A DNA stretch of 64,000 bases from Chloroflexota bacterium (GTDB lineage: Bacteria > Chloroflexota > Dehalococcoidia > GIF9 > UBA5629). The first letter of the stretch is position 1. The number at the start of each line of letters is the position of its first letter. The position numbers and the translations under genes were made by a program. This document shows, piece after piece, positions 53,734 to 62,598 of the stretch. Where the stretch lies: the NCBI GenBank assembly GCA_016865855.1, contig VGNX01000001.1, positions 1,060 to 65,059 on the forward strand, read 5' to 3'. The notes under the pieces were generated by a model. It was not told where the DNA came from, did no database searches, and saw nothing but the letters and a program-made list of their open reading frames with translations.

Positions 53734-55431
53734 CTATGGTAACTTGTATTTTATAGCCAGTGTTGCACCGGTAAAGCATAGAAAATCTATATTATTGTCG
53801 TTATCGGTTGGTATACTAAACTGGAACCTGAGCTGGAAACGAGGATTTCCACCATTTACCAGGTTTTGCAGCACAGGCGTGCCATCGTACGACTCTTTGA
53901 CATCCCACTTCCATGGAGAAAACGGGTAGGCTGAAAAGCGCCCTCCCTTTACCAGTTTAGCTGCTGCTTCGTAGTCAGTTGCATCGAGGTCTGCATATGT
54001 GCCGTACTGATAATGATAAACCTCAAAGAACCCCAATGTGGCAAAGGTCGGGTCTCCGTCTTTAGTCCAGGCACTAAGGTCTAACATGGCTTCTGTAATC
54101 GTTGAGCCCGCTGGTATCCCTGAAATATCAAAGCTAAGGAATCCTCTTCTCGTACCATTTGCCGGAGTGTCGCCAGCACAAGGGCCGGCATATCTGGTGT
54201 ATGTAGCCCCCTCCTTTTGCACTCCCCCATCCTCAGCCGATATTGTATTCAATGTCACTGTCTTTTCAGGGCATGACCATGTTTTAGAAAATGCGTTGTT
54301 GCCCTCGTTATTTTCAGCCACCACGTTGTCCTTATCGGCATGCACCACTATGGTATCCGAAGCACCGGAACAAGCATACGAATAAGCAAAGCTCTCGGTG
54401 CTTGAGGCGCCAACAGCCAGAGAACCCACAGCATCAAACCCTTTTACAACGCCATCGACAACTAGAGCTGAAGTCGTTGCACCTGCTGACACAGCACCTT
54501 GATTCTTAATCTTATAATAAATTGTGTTTCCTGACTGCCAAACATCTTCGATAATAAGGTCAGGTTGCCCTACGGGCGGCGGTGCCCCAGTAACCAGAAC
54601 CGCAATCGTGAGGCTGTACAATCCCGCGGCGTTGGTAGCCGTCAAAGTGTAATTGGTGCTCGTCGCCGGTGATACAGGTGCTGTCCCCACAAGGCCAACA
54701 GAGCCTGCTCCAGGGTCAATAGTAACCAATGTCGCATTAGACACGCTCCAGCTCAATATACTCGAACCACCAGCAGATATAACAGGTGGGTTAGCCGTGA
54801 AATAATTGACAATCGGTAGACCGGCAGGCGGTGATGGCGTTCCCGAAACTGTAACCTGCGTCATTGCCGTAGTGCTTCCAGCCACATTGGTAGCCGTCAG
54901 GATATAAGTAGTGGTCACTGCTGGTAAGACTATCGTGGTTCCGGAAGAGGCAAATGTGCCCACACCAGGGTCAATAGTCACCGATGTCGCATTCGACACA
55001 TTCCAACTCAAAGTAGCCGAACTGCCGGCAGTGATACCAGGCGGGCTAGCCGTGAAATAATTGACAACCGGCAGAACAGCAGGTGTTGGCGGCAATGGTG
55101 CTCCGGAAACTATGACCTGAGCCGTAGCCGTAGCGCTCATACCGGCCGCATTGGTCGCCGTCAAGGTATAAACAGTGGTCACGCTCGGCATTACGGCTCT
55201 ACTGCCGGTCAAAGCCACATTGCCTATATCCTGGTCTATGCTAACCGTGGTAGCCCCAGACACTTTCCAGGTAAGCGTTGAAGACCCTCCGGCCGAAATG
55301 CTTGGCGGACTAACGTCGAAGGAGTTTATGACCGGCGGCTGACCAGAAGTGGTTACAGTAATTGGGCCACCCGGTAGGCAGCCGGCAGTAAACAGCACCG
55401 CCAGCAAAAGCAAAGGAATTAACTTCTTCAT
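53734..55431 (-). CDS. secreted lipoprotein with three tandem Ig-like repeats, a CARDB-like domain and an uncharacterised C-terminal domain
   Basis: Signal peptide plus lipobox MKKLIPLLLLAVLFTAGC. Three repeats of about 85 aa (..VNxF.A.PP.I.AG.S..LSW.VS.AT.V.ID..G.....G......T..Y.LTATN.AG). PDLIIEDVW...YKIKNQG is CARDB-like. The C-terminus ends NPRFQLRFQF... Confidence 0.75.
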   Translation of the reverse strand: MKKLIPLLLLAVLFTAGCLPGGPITVTTSGQPPVINSFDVSPPSISAGGSSTLTWKVSGATTVSIDQDIGNVALTGSRAVMPSVTTVYTLTATNAAGMSATATAQVIVSGAPLPPTPAVLPVVNYFTASPPGITAGSSATLSWNVSNATSVTIDPGVGTFASSGTTIVLPAVTTTYILTATNVAGSTTAMTQVTVSGTPSPPAGLPIVNYFTANPPVISAGGSSILSWSVSNATLVTIDPGAGSVGLVGTAPVSPATSTNYTLTATNAAGLYSLTIAVLVTGAPPPVGQPDLIIEDVWQSGNTIYYKIKNQGAVSAGATTSALVVDGVVKGFDAVGSLAVGASSTESFAYSYACSGASDTIVVHADKDNVVAENNEGNNAFSKTWSCPEKTVTLNTISAEDGGVQKEGATYTRYAGPCAGDTPANGTRRGFLSFDISGIPAGSTITEAMLDLSAWTKDGDPTFATLGFFEVYHYQYGTYADLDATDYEAAAKLVKGGRFSAYPFSPWKWDVKESYDGTPVLQNLVNGGNPRFQLRFQFSIPTDNDNNIDFLCFTGATLAIKYKLP

Positions 55432-55498
55432 GTTTCACCTCCCCAAATAATTTAAATGCTCAAAGACCATAATCACAACAAGCTATTCACATTACATA

Positions 55499-56596
55499 TC
55501 AATCTTGATACTCAATGATAAGCCGGGTTCTACCTTCTCCCAATGCCATGTAGTCAGCCTGATTATTATAGAACTGAGGTTTTTCAAACTGAAAGCGAAG
55601 CTGAAAGCGGGGATTTCCAGCGTCAACTTGCTTCTGAACAGCGGTAGCCAATAGATAAGAAGTGATAGGCTGCGACGGTGGCACGGGAATAGTCTGTAAA
55701 GCTCCAAGTGCTGGACCAATAACAAAATCGCGGTTGCTTAAAGTCCGATATTGGCAATCGTAAACCAAAACCATACCGAGCTTATTGAACGGATCGCCGA
55801 ACAAAGAAGCGGCAGTTAAATCAAGCGTGGCCGACGTAATAATGGCATCTTTCGGTATCATAGAAATATCGAAGCTCAAAAATGCCTGTATGGCAACACC
55901 TGACTTTGTGTCGCCAACATCCGGCTCCTGCCCAACATAGCCATCTCGTCTTACTTGACCATCCTCTGCAGCAATGGAATAAAGTTCCAGTTTATGCGCA
56001 GGCGATTCAGCAATCACAACCTGAGCGGTAGCCTTCACAGTTCCAACCACATTGGTAGCCGTCAATGTATAGGTCGTTGTCTTGGCCGGCAATACCACCC
56101 TGGTCCCGCTCAAGGCAATGTTGCCGATTTGCTGGTCTATGCTGACCGTTGCAGCACCGGAAACATTCCAGCTAAGCGTGGAGAACCCGCCTGGAACAAT
56201 ACGCCCTGGGCTAGCATCAAAGGAGTTCACAACCGGCTGGCCAACCTCAATAGGAACAACAATGACGGTTGCTAAAACCTGCTTTGACCACTCTCCCTTA
56301 TCGTCCTGAACCTTAAACCAAATTGTGTGAGTCCCCGGCGATAAAGATGAAGTTTTAAAGCTCGCCGAAGTGCTCAAATCTCCGTCCAAGCTCGACAGCC
56401 AATTATAAGCGGCTATGCTGCCATCGGGATCAATGCCGTGGCCGGTGAAAGTCACCGTTTCACCCGGGGCGACATTGGTCGGCGATACCAAATCTATATA
56501 AGCAGTGGGCGGTTCATTCGGCGACGGTGGAGCAAAAGGCAGACAACCAACAGCTACAGTCAAAACCATAACGATTGGAAATAACAACTTTTTCAT
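55499..56596 (-). CDS. secreted lipoprotein, paralog sharing the Ig-like repeat and C-terminal domain
   Basis: ATG 56596 has GGAGG 7 nt upstream. MKKLLFPIVMVLTVAVGC, a PKD-like N-terminal domain, one Ig-like repeat, and the same C-terminal domain (FLSFDIS..P....I..A.LDL.A....GDP; NPRFQLRFQF). Confidence 0.75.
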   Translation of the reverse strand: MKKLLFPIVMVLTVAVGCLPFAPPSPNEPPTAYIDLVSPTNVAPGETVTFTGHGIDPDGSIAAYNWLSSLDGDLSTSASFKTSSLSPGTHTIWFKVQDDKGEWSKQVLATVIVVPIEVGQPVVNSFDASPGRIVPGGFSTLSWNVSGAATVSIDQQIGNIALSGTRVVLPAKTTTYTLTATNVVGTVKATAQVVIAESPAHKLELYSIAAEDGQVRRDGYVGQEPDVGDTKSGVAIQAFLSFDISMIPKDAIITSATLDLTAASLFGDPFNKLGMVLVYDCQYRTLSNRDFVIGPALGALQTIPVPPSQPITSYLLATAVQKQVDAGNPRFQLRFQFEKPQFYNNQADYMALGEGRTRLIIEYQD

Positions 56597-56828
56597 ATCC
56601 TTACCTCCAAACAAAATTTAAATTGTCTAAACGTAATATCATAAAAGCCTTTTAGACTGTCTTGCACAGTTACTTCTTTTCCCTTAGCCTCCGCCGGATA
56701 ACATTCTGGTATATAACTCTAAGGCTGCCGCCGTGGAGCCTGAATTTCCTTTTGGCTTTCTTCTGCTGCCTTCGCTCAGCTTTGCCCTTCTTTTCAACGT
56801 TGTCTTCCATTTCTTAATGAACCCTGTT

Positions 56829-57611
56829 TCAAGCTGATAACCGACTTTTTACCCTTTCCACAATCCTGGCCATTGCCTCCCCGGCTTTGCTATCAATATG
56901 CACCGTAGCCTTAGAATCCATGGGTGTAGGACTGAGGTTAATAATGACCAGCTTAGCTCCAGATTCAACAGCATACATGGGCATATAGGCTGCCGGATAA
57001 ACAATGAGAGTGGAACCAATAACGATGAAAAGGTCACAGTGTCGAGAATGGTGGATAGCATCATTTAGCGTCTTTTGCGGCAATGCCTCACCGAAGAAAA
57101 CTGCGTCTGGCTTCAAAATGCCACGGCAGAGATGGCAATCAGGCACTTCTTCTTTCTCCAGCCTTGGGAGAATACTCTCGATAGGAAAGCGATTATCGCA
57201 GCCCATACATCTCACCCATTGCATATTACCATGGAGCTCAAAGACCTTGTCCGGAGAGTTTCCTGCCTTTTGATGGAGATTGTCAATATTCTGGGTGATG
57301 ACACAGGTTAACCTGCCAAGTTTCTCGAGTTCAGCAACAGCATGATGAGCTTGATTCGGCTCAGCGGCTTTTAGAAGGCTACCCTCCGCCAGCATCTGCC
57401 ATTGCATTTTCCGTGTCTTCTCACTGCTCATGAACTTCTGAATTGTAAAATCATCAGGGTCAAACCTTGTCCAGATTCCGCCGGGACTGCGGAAGTCAGG
57501 TATTCCTGACTCTGTGCTGATACCAGCTCCGGTGAAGACTACAATCCTACTCGCCTCCACAATCAAGGTAGCAACTTTATCAGCCAGATAATCCAACTCC
57601 TTTGTTTCCAC
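56829..57611 (-). CDS. NAD-dependent protein deacylase (Sir2/CobB family)
   Basis: FTGAGISTESGIPDFRSPGGIW, QNIDNLH, and the Zn ribbon CMGC...CHLC. Confidence 0.88.
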   Translation of the reverse strand: METKELDYLADKVATLIVEASRIVVFTGAGISTESGIPDFRSPGGIWTRFDPDDFTIQKFMSSEKTRKMQWQMLAEGSLLKAAEPNQAHHAVAELEKLGRLTCVITQNIDNLHQKAGNSPDKVFELHGNMQWVRCMGCDNRFPIESILPRLEKEEVPDCHLCRGILKPDAVFFGEALPQKTLNDAIHHSRHCDLFIVIGSTLIVYPAAYMPMYAVESGAKLVIINLSPTPMDSKATVHIDSKAGEAMARIVERVKSRLSA

Positions 57612-57721
57612 GGCTTACCTCTACCTTTTTACGCCTTAAAAACAATAGTAATTCGCTTCGGCTATAATGTCAAGATGTCTCCCTTGAAGTCAATAGACAT
57701 AACCTAAGGCTATCGCTATAC

Positions 57722-57873
57722 AGGCTATCCGAAAATGTAGTCCCGACCCTTTAGGGTCGGGCTCCCGAGGCTAAAGCCTCGGGGCTACATGTTTAATGTG
57801 CATCACCAATGAGCTATAATTTTTCCCACAAAGTGGGAAAGACAGATTGCCAGTTAGAGTTTTCGGACAGCCT
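57722..57873 (+). mobile_element. MITE-like element, copy C (subfamily A/C)
   Basis: TIRs are AGGCTATCCGAAAA ... TTTTCGGACAGCCT. A perfect 6-bp direct repeat CTATAC lies on both flanks (57716..57721 and 57874..57879). Confidence 0.85.
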
Positions 57874-57916
57874 CTATACTAACTAGGAAATTAGATTGTC
57901 TGAGGAAACGGTAAAT

Positions 57917-58699
57917 ATGCTAAATGGCCAAGATATAAAAACCTACATCAAAAGCCATTTGAACACCAAATTTGTTGGGCGACAGCTATATTACTATCAC
58001 CGACTTGCCACGACCATGGAGACGGCCAAGGAACTGGCAAAGAAAAAAACTGCTGAGGGAACTGTGATAATAGCTGATACGCAGACAGCAGGTAGAGGAC
58101 GCCTGAGTAGAGCCTGGCTATCACCTGAAGGCAGTCTAGCTATGTCGGTTATCCTCAAGCCTTCTCTGGATAACCTGCCACAGCTTGTCATGATAGCTTC
58201 TCTGGCTGTGGTCAGAGCTATTAGAAAAGTCGCTGGCCTCGAGACACAGATCAAATGGCCCAACGACGTCCTAATTAAAGGCAAAAAGGTCTGCGGCATC
58301 CTGATAGAAAGCGAAGTAAAAGGAGACAGAGTAAATTTTGCCATCATAGGCATAGGAATAAATGTTAATTTCGACCCCCTGGCTTTCCCCGACATTTCAG
58401 ACATAGCTACCAGCCTGTCACATGAGCTAGGAGCAAGGATATCAAAGGCTGCGTTTATCAGTACCCTGTTACCTGAACTGGAACAACTATATTTAGAGGC
58501 TCAAGCTGGAGCACCTGTATACAAAGAATGGCAAGAGAATATGGAGACGCTGGGCAGGCGGATACAGGTCAAAACTGGGGAAGCAGTCGAGCAGGGCAAA
58601 GCCGAAACCGTGACCGAACACGGCAATCTCATCTTGCGCCGGTCCGACGGCAGCCTAACTGAAATCGTGGCCGGCGATGTCACGGTAATAAAAGATTGA
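57917..58699 (+). CDS. birA: biotin--[acetyl-CoA-carboxylase] ligase
   Basis: TQTAGRGRLSRAWLSPEGS, KWPNDVLIKGKKVCGILIE. ATG 57917 has GAGGA 8 nt upstream; the track start is TTG 57896. Confidence 0.88.
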   Translation: MLNGQDIKTYIKSHLNTKFVGRQLYYYHRLATTMETAKELAKKKTAEGTVIIADTQTAGRGRLSRAWLSPEGSLAMSVILKPSLDNLPQLVMIASLAVVRAIRKVAGLETQIKWPNDVLIKGKKVCGILIESEVKGDRVNFAIIGIGINVNFDPLAFPDISDIATSLSHELGARISKAAFISTLLPELEQLYLEAQAGAPVYKEWQENMETLGRRIQVKTGEAVEQGKAETVTEHGNLILRRSDGSLTEIVAGDVTVIKD

Positions 58700-58707
58700 T
58701 TCCCCTT

Positions 58708-58859
58708 AGGCTGTCCGAAAATGTAGCCCCGACCCTTTAGGGTCGGGTTCCCGAGGCTAAAGCCTCGGGTCTACATATTTAATGTGTATCACCAATATAG
58801 CTATAACTTCTCCCACAAAGTGGAGAGAAAAATTATCACATAGAGTTTTCGGACAGCCT
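58708..58859 (+). mobile_element. MITE-like element, copy D (subfamily B/D)
   Basis: TIRs are AGGCTGTCCGAAAA ... TTTTCGGACAGCCT. No matching flanking hexamers. Confidence 0.8.
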
Positions 58860-58875
58860 CAGGAGTACAGGTCAA

Positions 58876-59637
58876 CTACTTCTTCGACTCACTGAGCTTG
58901 CCGAGCATTGGCATTATCAAATCTATCGGCAAGGGAAACACTATAGTATTAGTTTTTTCGGTAGAGATCTGGGTCAGAGTCTGAAGATAGCGAAGTTGAA
59001 TGGCGGCAGGTTGCCTGCCAATAATCTTCGCCGCCTCAGCCAGCTTCTCTGCAGCCTGGAACTCACCTTCAGCATGCACGATTTTGGCTCGCCTTTCCCG
59101 TTCCGCTTCAGCCTGAGCCGCCATTGCCCGCTTCATCGTCTCAGGCATCTCCACATCTCTAACCTCCACCATGCTTACTTTGATGCCCCACAGCTCTGTG
59201 CCTTCGTCGATCAGCGTCTGCAGTTTTTCATTGATTCTATCTCGGTGAGCCAGCAAATCTTCAAGCTCCGATTGTCCCACCACATTTCGCAGAGTGGTCT
59301 GTGACAGCAGCGAAGTTGCCCTAATATATTGCTCCACATTGAGCACAGCGTCTTCAGGTTTCATGACCCTGAAATATACTACAGCATCTACTTTAACGGT
59401 TACCGTGTCCAGTGTAATGCATTCCTGGCTTGGAACATCCATGGTGACAACACGGAGGTCAACCTTCACCATACGCTCAATAAACGGAATTAGCAGGATA
59501 AACCCAGGCCCTCTGACACCGACAAATCGGCCTAAGCGAAAAATGACTCCGCGCTCATACTCATTGACAATCCTTATAGCTGCTGACAGGATTATTATCA
59601 CAAATATGACAATGGCGAAAATAAGAATTAAATTCAT
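58876..59637 (-). CDS. SPFH/band-7 (stomatin-like) membrane protein
   Basis: An N-terminal TM helix, then IVNEYERGVIFRLGRF and a coiled-coil AQAEAERERRAKI. Confidence 0.88.
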   Translation of the reverse strand: MNLILIFAIVIFVIIILSAAIRIVNEYERGVIFRLGRFVGVRGPGFILLIPFIERMVKVDLRVVTMDVPSQECITLDTVTVKVDAVVYFRVMKPEDAVLNVEQYIRATSLLSQTTLRNVVGQSELEDLLAHRDRINEKLQTLIDEGTELWGIKVSMVEVRDVEMPETMKRAMAAQAEAERERRAKIVHAEGEFQAAEKLAEAAKIIGRQPAAIQLRYLQTLTQISTEKTNTIVFPLPIDLIMPMLGKLSESKK

Positions 59638-60959
59638 CTTCTCCTCCTTTTAGTTTTCCTTGTAGTCACTAACAGTTTCAGTCCTTCGACCTTGGTTATC
59701 GTCACCTCCTCTCCTGGCTCTATTTTGCCACTGTCGACCATGGCTGTCCAGTGCTCACCATCGACAAGAACTGTACCCTTGGGATCAAGACGCGTCTTAG
59801 CTACGGCCACTCTGCCAATCAACCCCTCAGCACCAGTCGCTATTTTCCGCCTCTGACCGCGAACGATAGCACCGATGACAAAGATTACGAAAGCAGCCAT
59901 AATAATAGTCACCCCGGCAATTAAGCCCCTGTTTACTTCCATTGCTGGCGAACTATGACTGAACAGGACAAGAGAGCCAAAAACCAAAGAGGTAAGCCCA
60001 CCGGCTGTCAGTATACCAAAAGCCGGCGTGAAAAGCTCAGCGACAAATAGTCCAAAGGCAAGAAGTATAAGCAACACCCCAGCCCAGTAAGCATTGAGCA
60101 CACCCAGAGAATAGAAGGCTAGCAAAAGGCAAACGCCACCGACAGTTCCAGGAAATATCAACCCGGGATTTGAAATCTCGGTAATTAAGCCTATCGTAGC
60201 CAGGCTGAGCAGGATATAAGCGATATTAGGGTCACTGATGACATGCAGGAAGCGCTCAACCGGATTCATCTCATTCCTGCTTGGTACATAATCGGTAGTA
60301 TCTATAATGACCTCTTCGCCAGTGGCTAAAGTTACTTTCCTGCCATCTATTTGCCGAATTAAACTCTCTAAGTCATCAGCCTGGAAATCAATAAGTCTGG
60401 CCTCTAACGCCTCGGACGAGGTGAACGACTTGCTTTCTGTAACCGCTAGTTCGGCCTGTTCAGGGTCACGCCCTCGTATTTCAGCGATACTTCTGATCCA
60501 GGCAGACGAATACTCGGTTACTTTCTTTTTTACTTCTTCAGGCATCTCCTGGCCGACAGCTACCGGATGTGCCGCTCCGATACTTGTCCCCGGAGCCATA
60601 ACCGCTACATGCGCGGCTACGGTGATAAAAGTTCCGGCTGAAGCTGCCCAGCTACCACTAGGTGAGACATAGACTACAATCGGCACTTTAGCATTCAGAA
60701 TCCGCTGCACAATATCTTCTGTGGCATTAAGAAGCCCTCCAGGAGTATTCAATTCAATGATGCAGGCGACGGCACCTTCGGATTCGGCTCGGCTGATACC
60801 ACGGTCTAGATAATTGGCAACGACAGGGACAATTGTGCCATCAACACTGAGGATTTCTATATCCGACGAGTCAGCATTGACCACGCTGGAAATGAAGGCT
60901 ATGACTGACAAGCCAGCCAGAAAAAGAATAAGGGCGAATCTAAGCCTAGTTTTGAGCAT
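59634..60959 (-). CDS. NfeD-family membrane-bound ClpP-class serine protease
   Basis: 441 aa with an N-terminal ClpP-like domain (GGLLNATEDIV, ASAGTFI), a TM block and a C-terminal OB/NfeD domain. It shares a 4-nt overlap with the SPFH gene. Confidence 0.85.
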   Translation of the reverse strand: MLKTRLRFALILFLAGLSVIAFISSVVNADSSDIEILSVDGTIVPVVANYLDRGISRAESEGAVACIIELNTPGGLLNATEDIVQRILNAKVPIVVYVSPSGSWAASAGTFITVAAHVAVMAPGTSIGAAHPVAVGQEMPEEVKKKVTEYSSAWIRSIAEIRGRDPEQAELAVTESKSFTSSEALEARLIDFQADDLESLIRQIDGRKVTLATGEEVIIDTTDYVPSRNEMNPVERFLHVISDPNIAYILLSLATIGLITEISNPGLIFPGTVGGVCLLLAFYSLGVLNAYWAGVLLILLAFGLFVAELFTPAFGILTAGGLTSLVFGSLVLFSHSSPAMEVNRGLIAGVTIIMAAFVIFVIGAIVRGQRRKIATGAEGLIGRVAVAKTRLDPKGTVLVDGEHWTAMVDSGKIEPGEEVTITKVEGLKLLVTTRKTKRRRR

Positions 60960-60978
60960 CTGTTAGCAGCGTAGCTCA

Positions 60979-61007
60979 ATTATACTTTACGCAATAGCTA
61001 ACAGCAA
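60979..61007 (-). promoter_or_regulatory. sigma70-like promoter candidate for the nfeD-SPFH operon
   Basis: On the minus strand: TTGCTG (61007..61002), N17, TATAAT (60984..60979). It is only about 20 nt from the ATG and no SD is visible, so the call is weak. Confidence 0.25.
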
Positions 61008-61049
61008 ACAGGTTGTCCGTTCACGACTGCGGTGACAGCGATGGGTTTC

Positions 61050-61257
61050 GAGATTCTTAGCGGAGCCTGCCCTGAGCTATGTGAGATTCTTCGCGGAGTT
61101 TACCCTGAGTGAGATTCTTCGGTCGCTTCGCTCCCTCAGAATGACAGAAAACGAAGGGCTCAGAATGACAACGGCGAAGGACTCATAATGACAAGAATGT
61201 AGCTGCGACTCTTTAGGGTCGCCTTTCTGCAGCGAGGCTAAAGCCTCGCCACCACAT
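61050..61257. repeat. composite repeat block (5 units of the GAGATTCTTCG / CAGAATGAC family, then REP-like palindrome 61197..61257)
   Basis: gagattcttagcgg..., gagattcttcgcgg..., gagattcttcggtcgcttcgctccctcagaatgacag, ggctcagaatgacaa, ctcataatgacaag; atgtagctgcgactctttagggtcgcctttctgcagcgaggctaaagcctcgccaccacat. Confidence 0.8.
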
Positions 61258-61284
61258 TAGTTAAACAACCTCAAGAAATCTAAA

Positions 61285-61313
61285 TTGAACGAGAAAGCTC
61301 GTTAGTGTAGAAT
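61285..61313 (+). promoter_or_regulatory. sigma70-like promoter candidate for hisZ-hisG
   Basis: TTGAAC (61285..61290), N17, TAGAAT (61308..61313), 27 nt upstream of the hisZ ATG. Confidence 0.35.
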
Positions 61314-61340
61314 AGGTCAACCTAGGTAAGGTTTAAAATT

Positions 61341-62579
61341 ATGACAAGTCAAAAATGCAAAGGGGCTCGAGATTTACTTCCCAAAGACACAGAGGCCTTT
61401 CGTTTTATAGAGGATGTCTTTCGCAGGTCGTGTCTCAGCTGGGGTTATCAGGAAGTGCGGACTCCAACTCTGGAATATCTGTACCTGTTCACCGCCGCCG
61501 GCACACTTACTCCCAATATGCTGAGCAAAGTATATTCTTTTCTCGATTGGGATGGCTGGAGTGGTGAAAGGGTAGTGCTGAGACCTGATGGCACTATACC
61601 TATCGCCAGGCTATACATAGAGAACTTGTCCCAGCAAGAAATAGCCAGACTTTTTTATGTCACCAATGTTTTCGCTTTTGAAGAGACAGGCAAGGAGAAC
61701 AGAGAACGGTGGCAATGCGGGGTCGAGCTTATAGGCAGTGACAAACCAGCATCAGATGTAGAATTGATTCTGCTGGCTATCGAAACTCTACGCAGCTTAA
61801 ATGTCGGTGATGTTCAGATACAATTATCCCACGCCGGAGTACTGAAGGCTTTGCTCAAGGAGTTGAAGCTGAATCCCGACAAAGAAATCAGGTTGCTGGA
61901 CCAGGTTTTTGACGGCAACTGGCAAGTGCTGACGGAAACGAAGCCGAGCAACTCAGATATCGGCAGGCTGATATCATTGTTTCTCGATTTGAGGGGAAAA
62001 ACCAGTGGTTTCTTAGAAAACCTGAAGGCTCTGCCTCAGATTCCCGTTACCTTGAAGCCTGCGCTCGACAATTTCTCTGAAATTGCCAGCCTTCTCGATG
62101 CCCTTAGCTGTAATTACCGGATTGACATCACATCCACCCGGGGTTTCGAGTATTACACCGGACTTTGCTTCCAGTTTTCAGCTAGGGGAGAAAAAATTGG
62201 CAGCGGTGGTAGGTATGACAACCTTATCCCGCTCATAGGTGGGAAGAGCACGCCAGCCTGTGGTTTCGCTCTCTATGTTGACCCTATTATTAATTTGATT
62301 CAACCTCAAGCCAAACGAAAGACGGGACAGGGAATCCTGGTTAAATGCGATAAAACGACGCCGGATTCAATAAAAACCAGCTTTCAGTTAGCTCAGTCAC
62401 TTCGCCAGGCTGGATATGCGACTGAGCTTGACTTCAGCGGTCGCCAGTCAGACTGGCGCTGGATAATCGCTGTTCAAGAAAAGCCGCCACCATTTCTTGT
62501 TATTGACCAAGCCCGAAACCAGAAGAAAGAGGCGTCCTCAATTGCTGACGCCATCAAGACGGTAGGAGGCTCCGCATAA
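61341..62579 (+). CDS. hisZ: ATP phosphoribosyltransferase regulatory subunit (HisRS paralog)
   Basis: GARDLLPKDTEAFRFIED, EVRTPTLEY, LRPDGTIPIAR. 412 aa, directly upstream of hisG. Confidence 0.85.
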   Translation: MTSQKCKGARDLLPKDTEAFRFIEDVFRRSCLSWGYQEVRTPTLEYLYLFTAAGTLTPNMLSKVYSFLDWDGWSGERVVLRPDGTIPIARLYIENLSQQEIARLFYVTNVFAFEETGKENRERWQCGVELIGSDKPASDVELILLAIETLRSLNVGDVQIQLSHAGVLKALLKELKLNPDKEIRLLDQVFDGNWQVLTETKPSNSDIGRLISLFLDLRGKTSGFLENLKALPQIPVTLKPALDNFSEIASLLDALSCNYRIDITSTRGFEYYTGLCFQFSARGEKIGSGGRYDNLIPLIGGKSTPACGFALYVDPIINLIQPQAKRKTGQGILVKCDKTTPDSIKTSFQLAQSLRQAGYATELDFSGRQSDWRWIIAVQEKPPPFLVIDQARNQKKEASSIADAIKTVGGSA

Positions 62580-62598
62580 CTTGCTAACTGGAGGACAG

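Noticed and set aside
56829-57611. Sir2-domain protein as a possible anti-phage defence component
   Set aside because: It has the full CobB-type layout (GAGISTESGIPDFRS, QNIDNLH, a CxxC...CxxC zinc ribbon) and a normal size of 260 aa. It has no fused or adjacent effector or sensor (no pAgo, HerA, TIR, helicase etc.). The neighbours are housekeeping genes.
58876-60959. SPFH + NfeD pair as a novel system
   Set aside because: This is the widespread, well-known stomatin/NfeD operon, with the usual 4-nt overlap and standard domain order.
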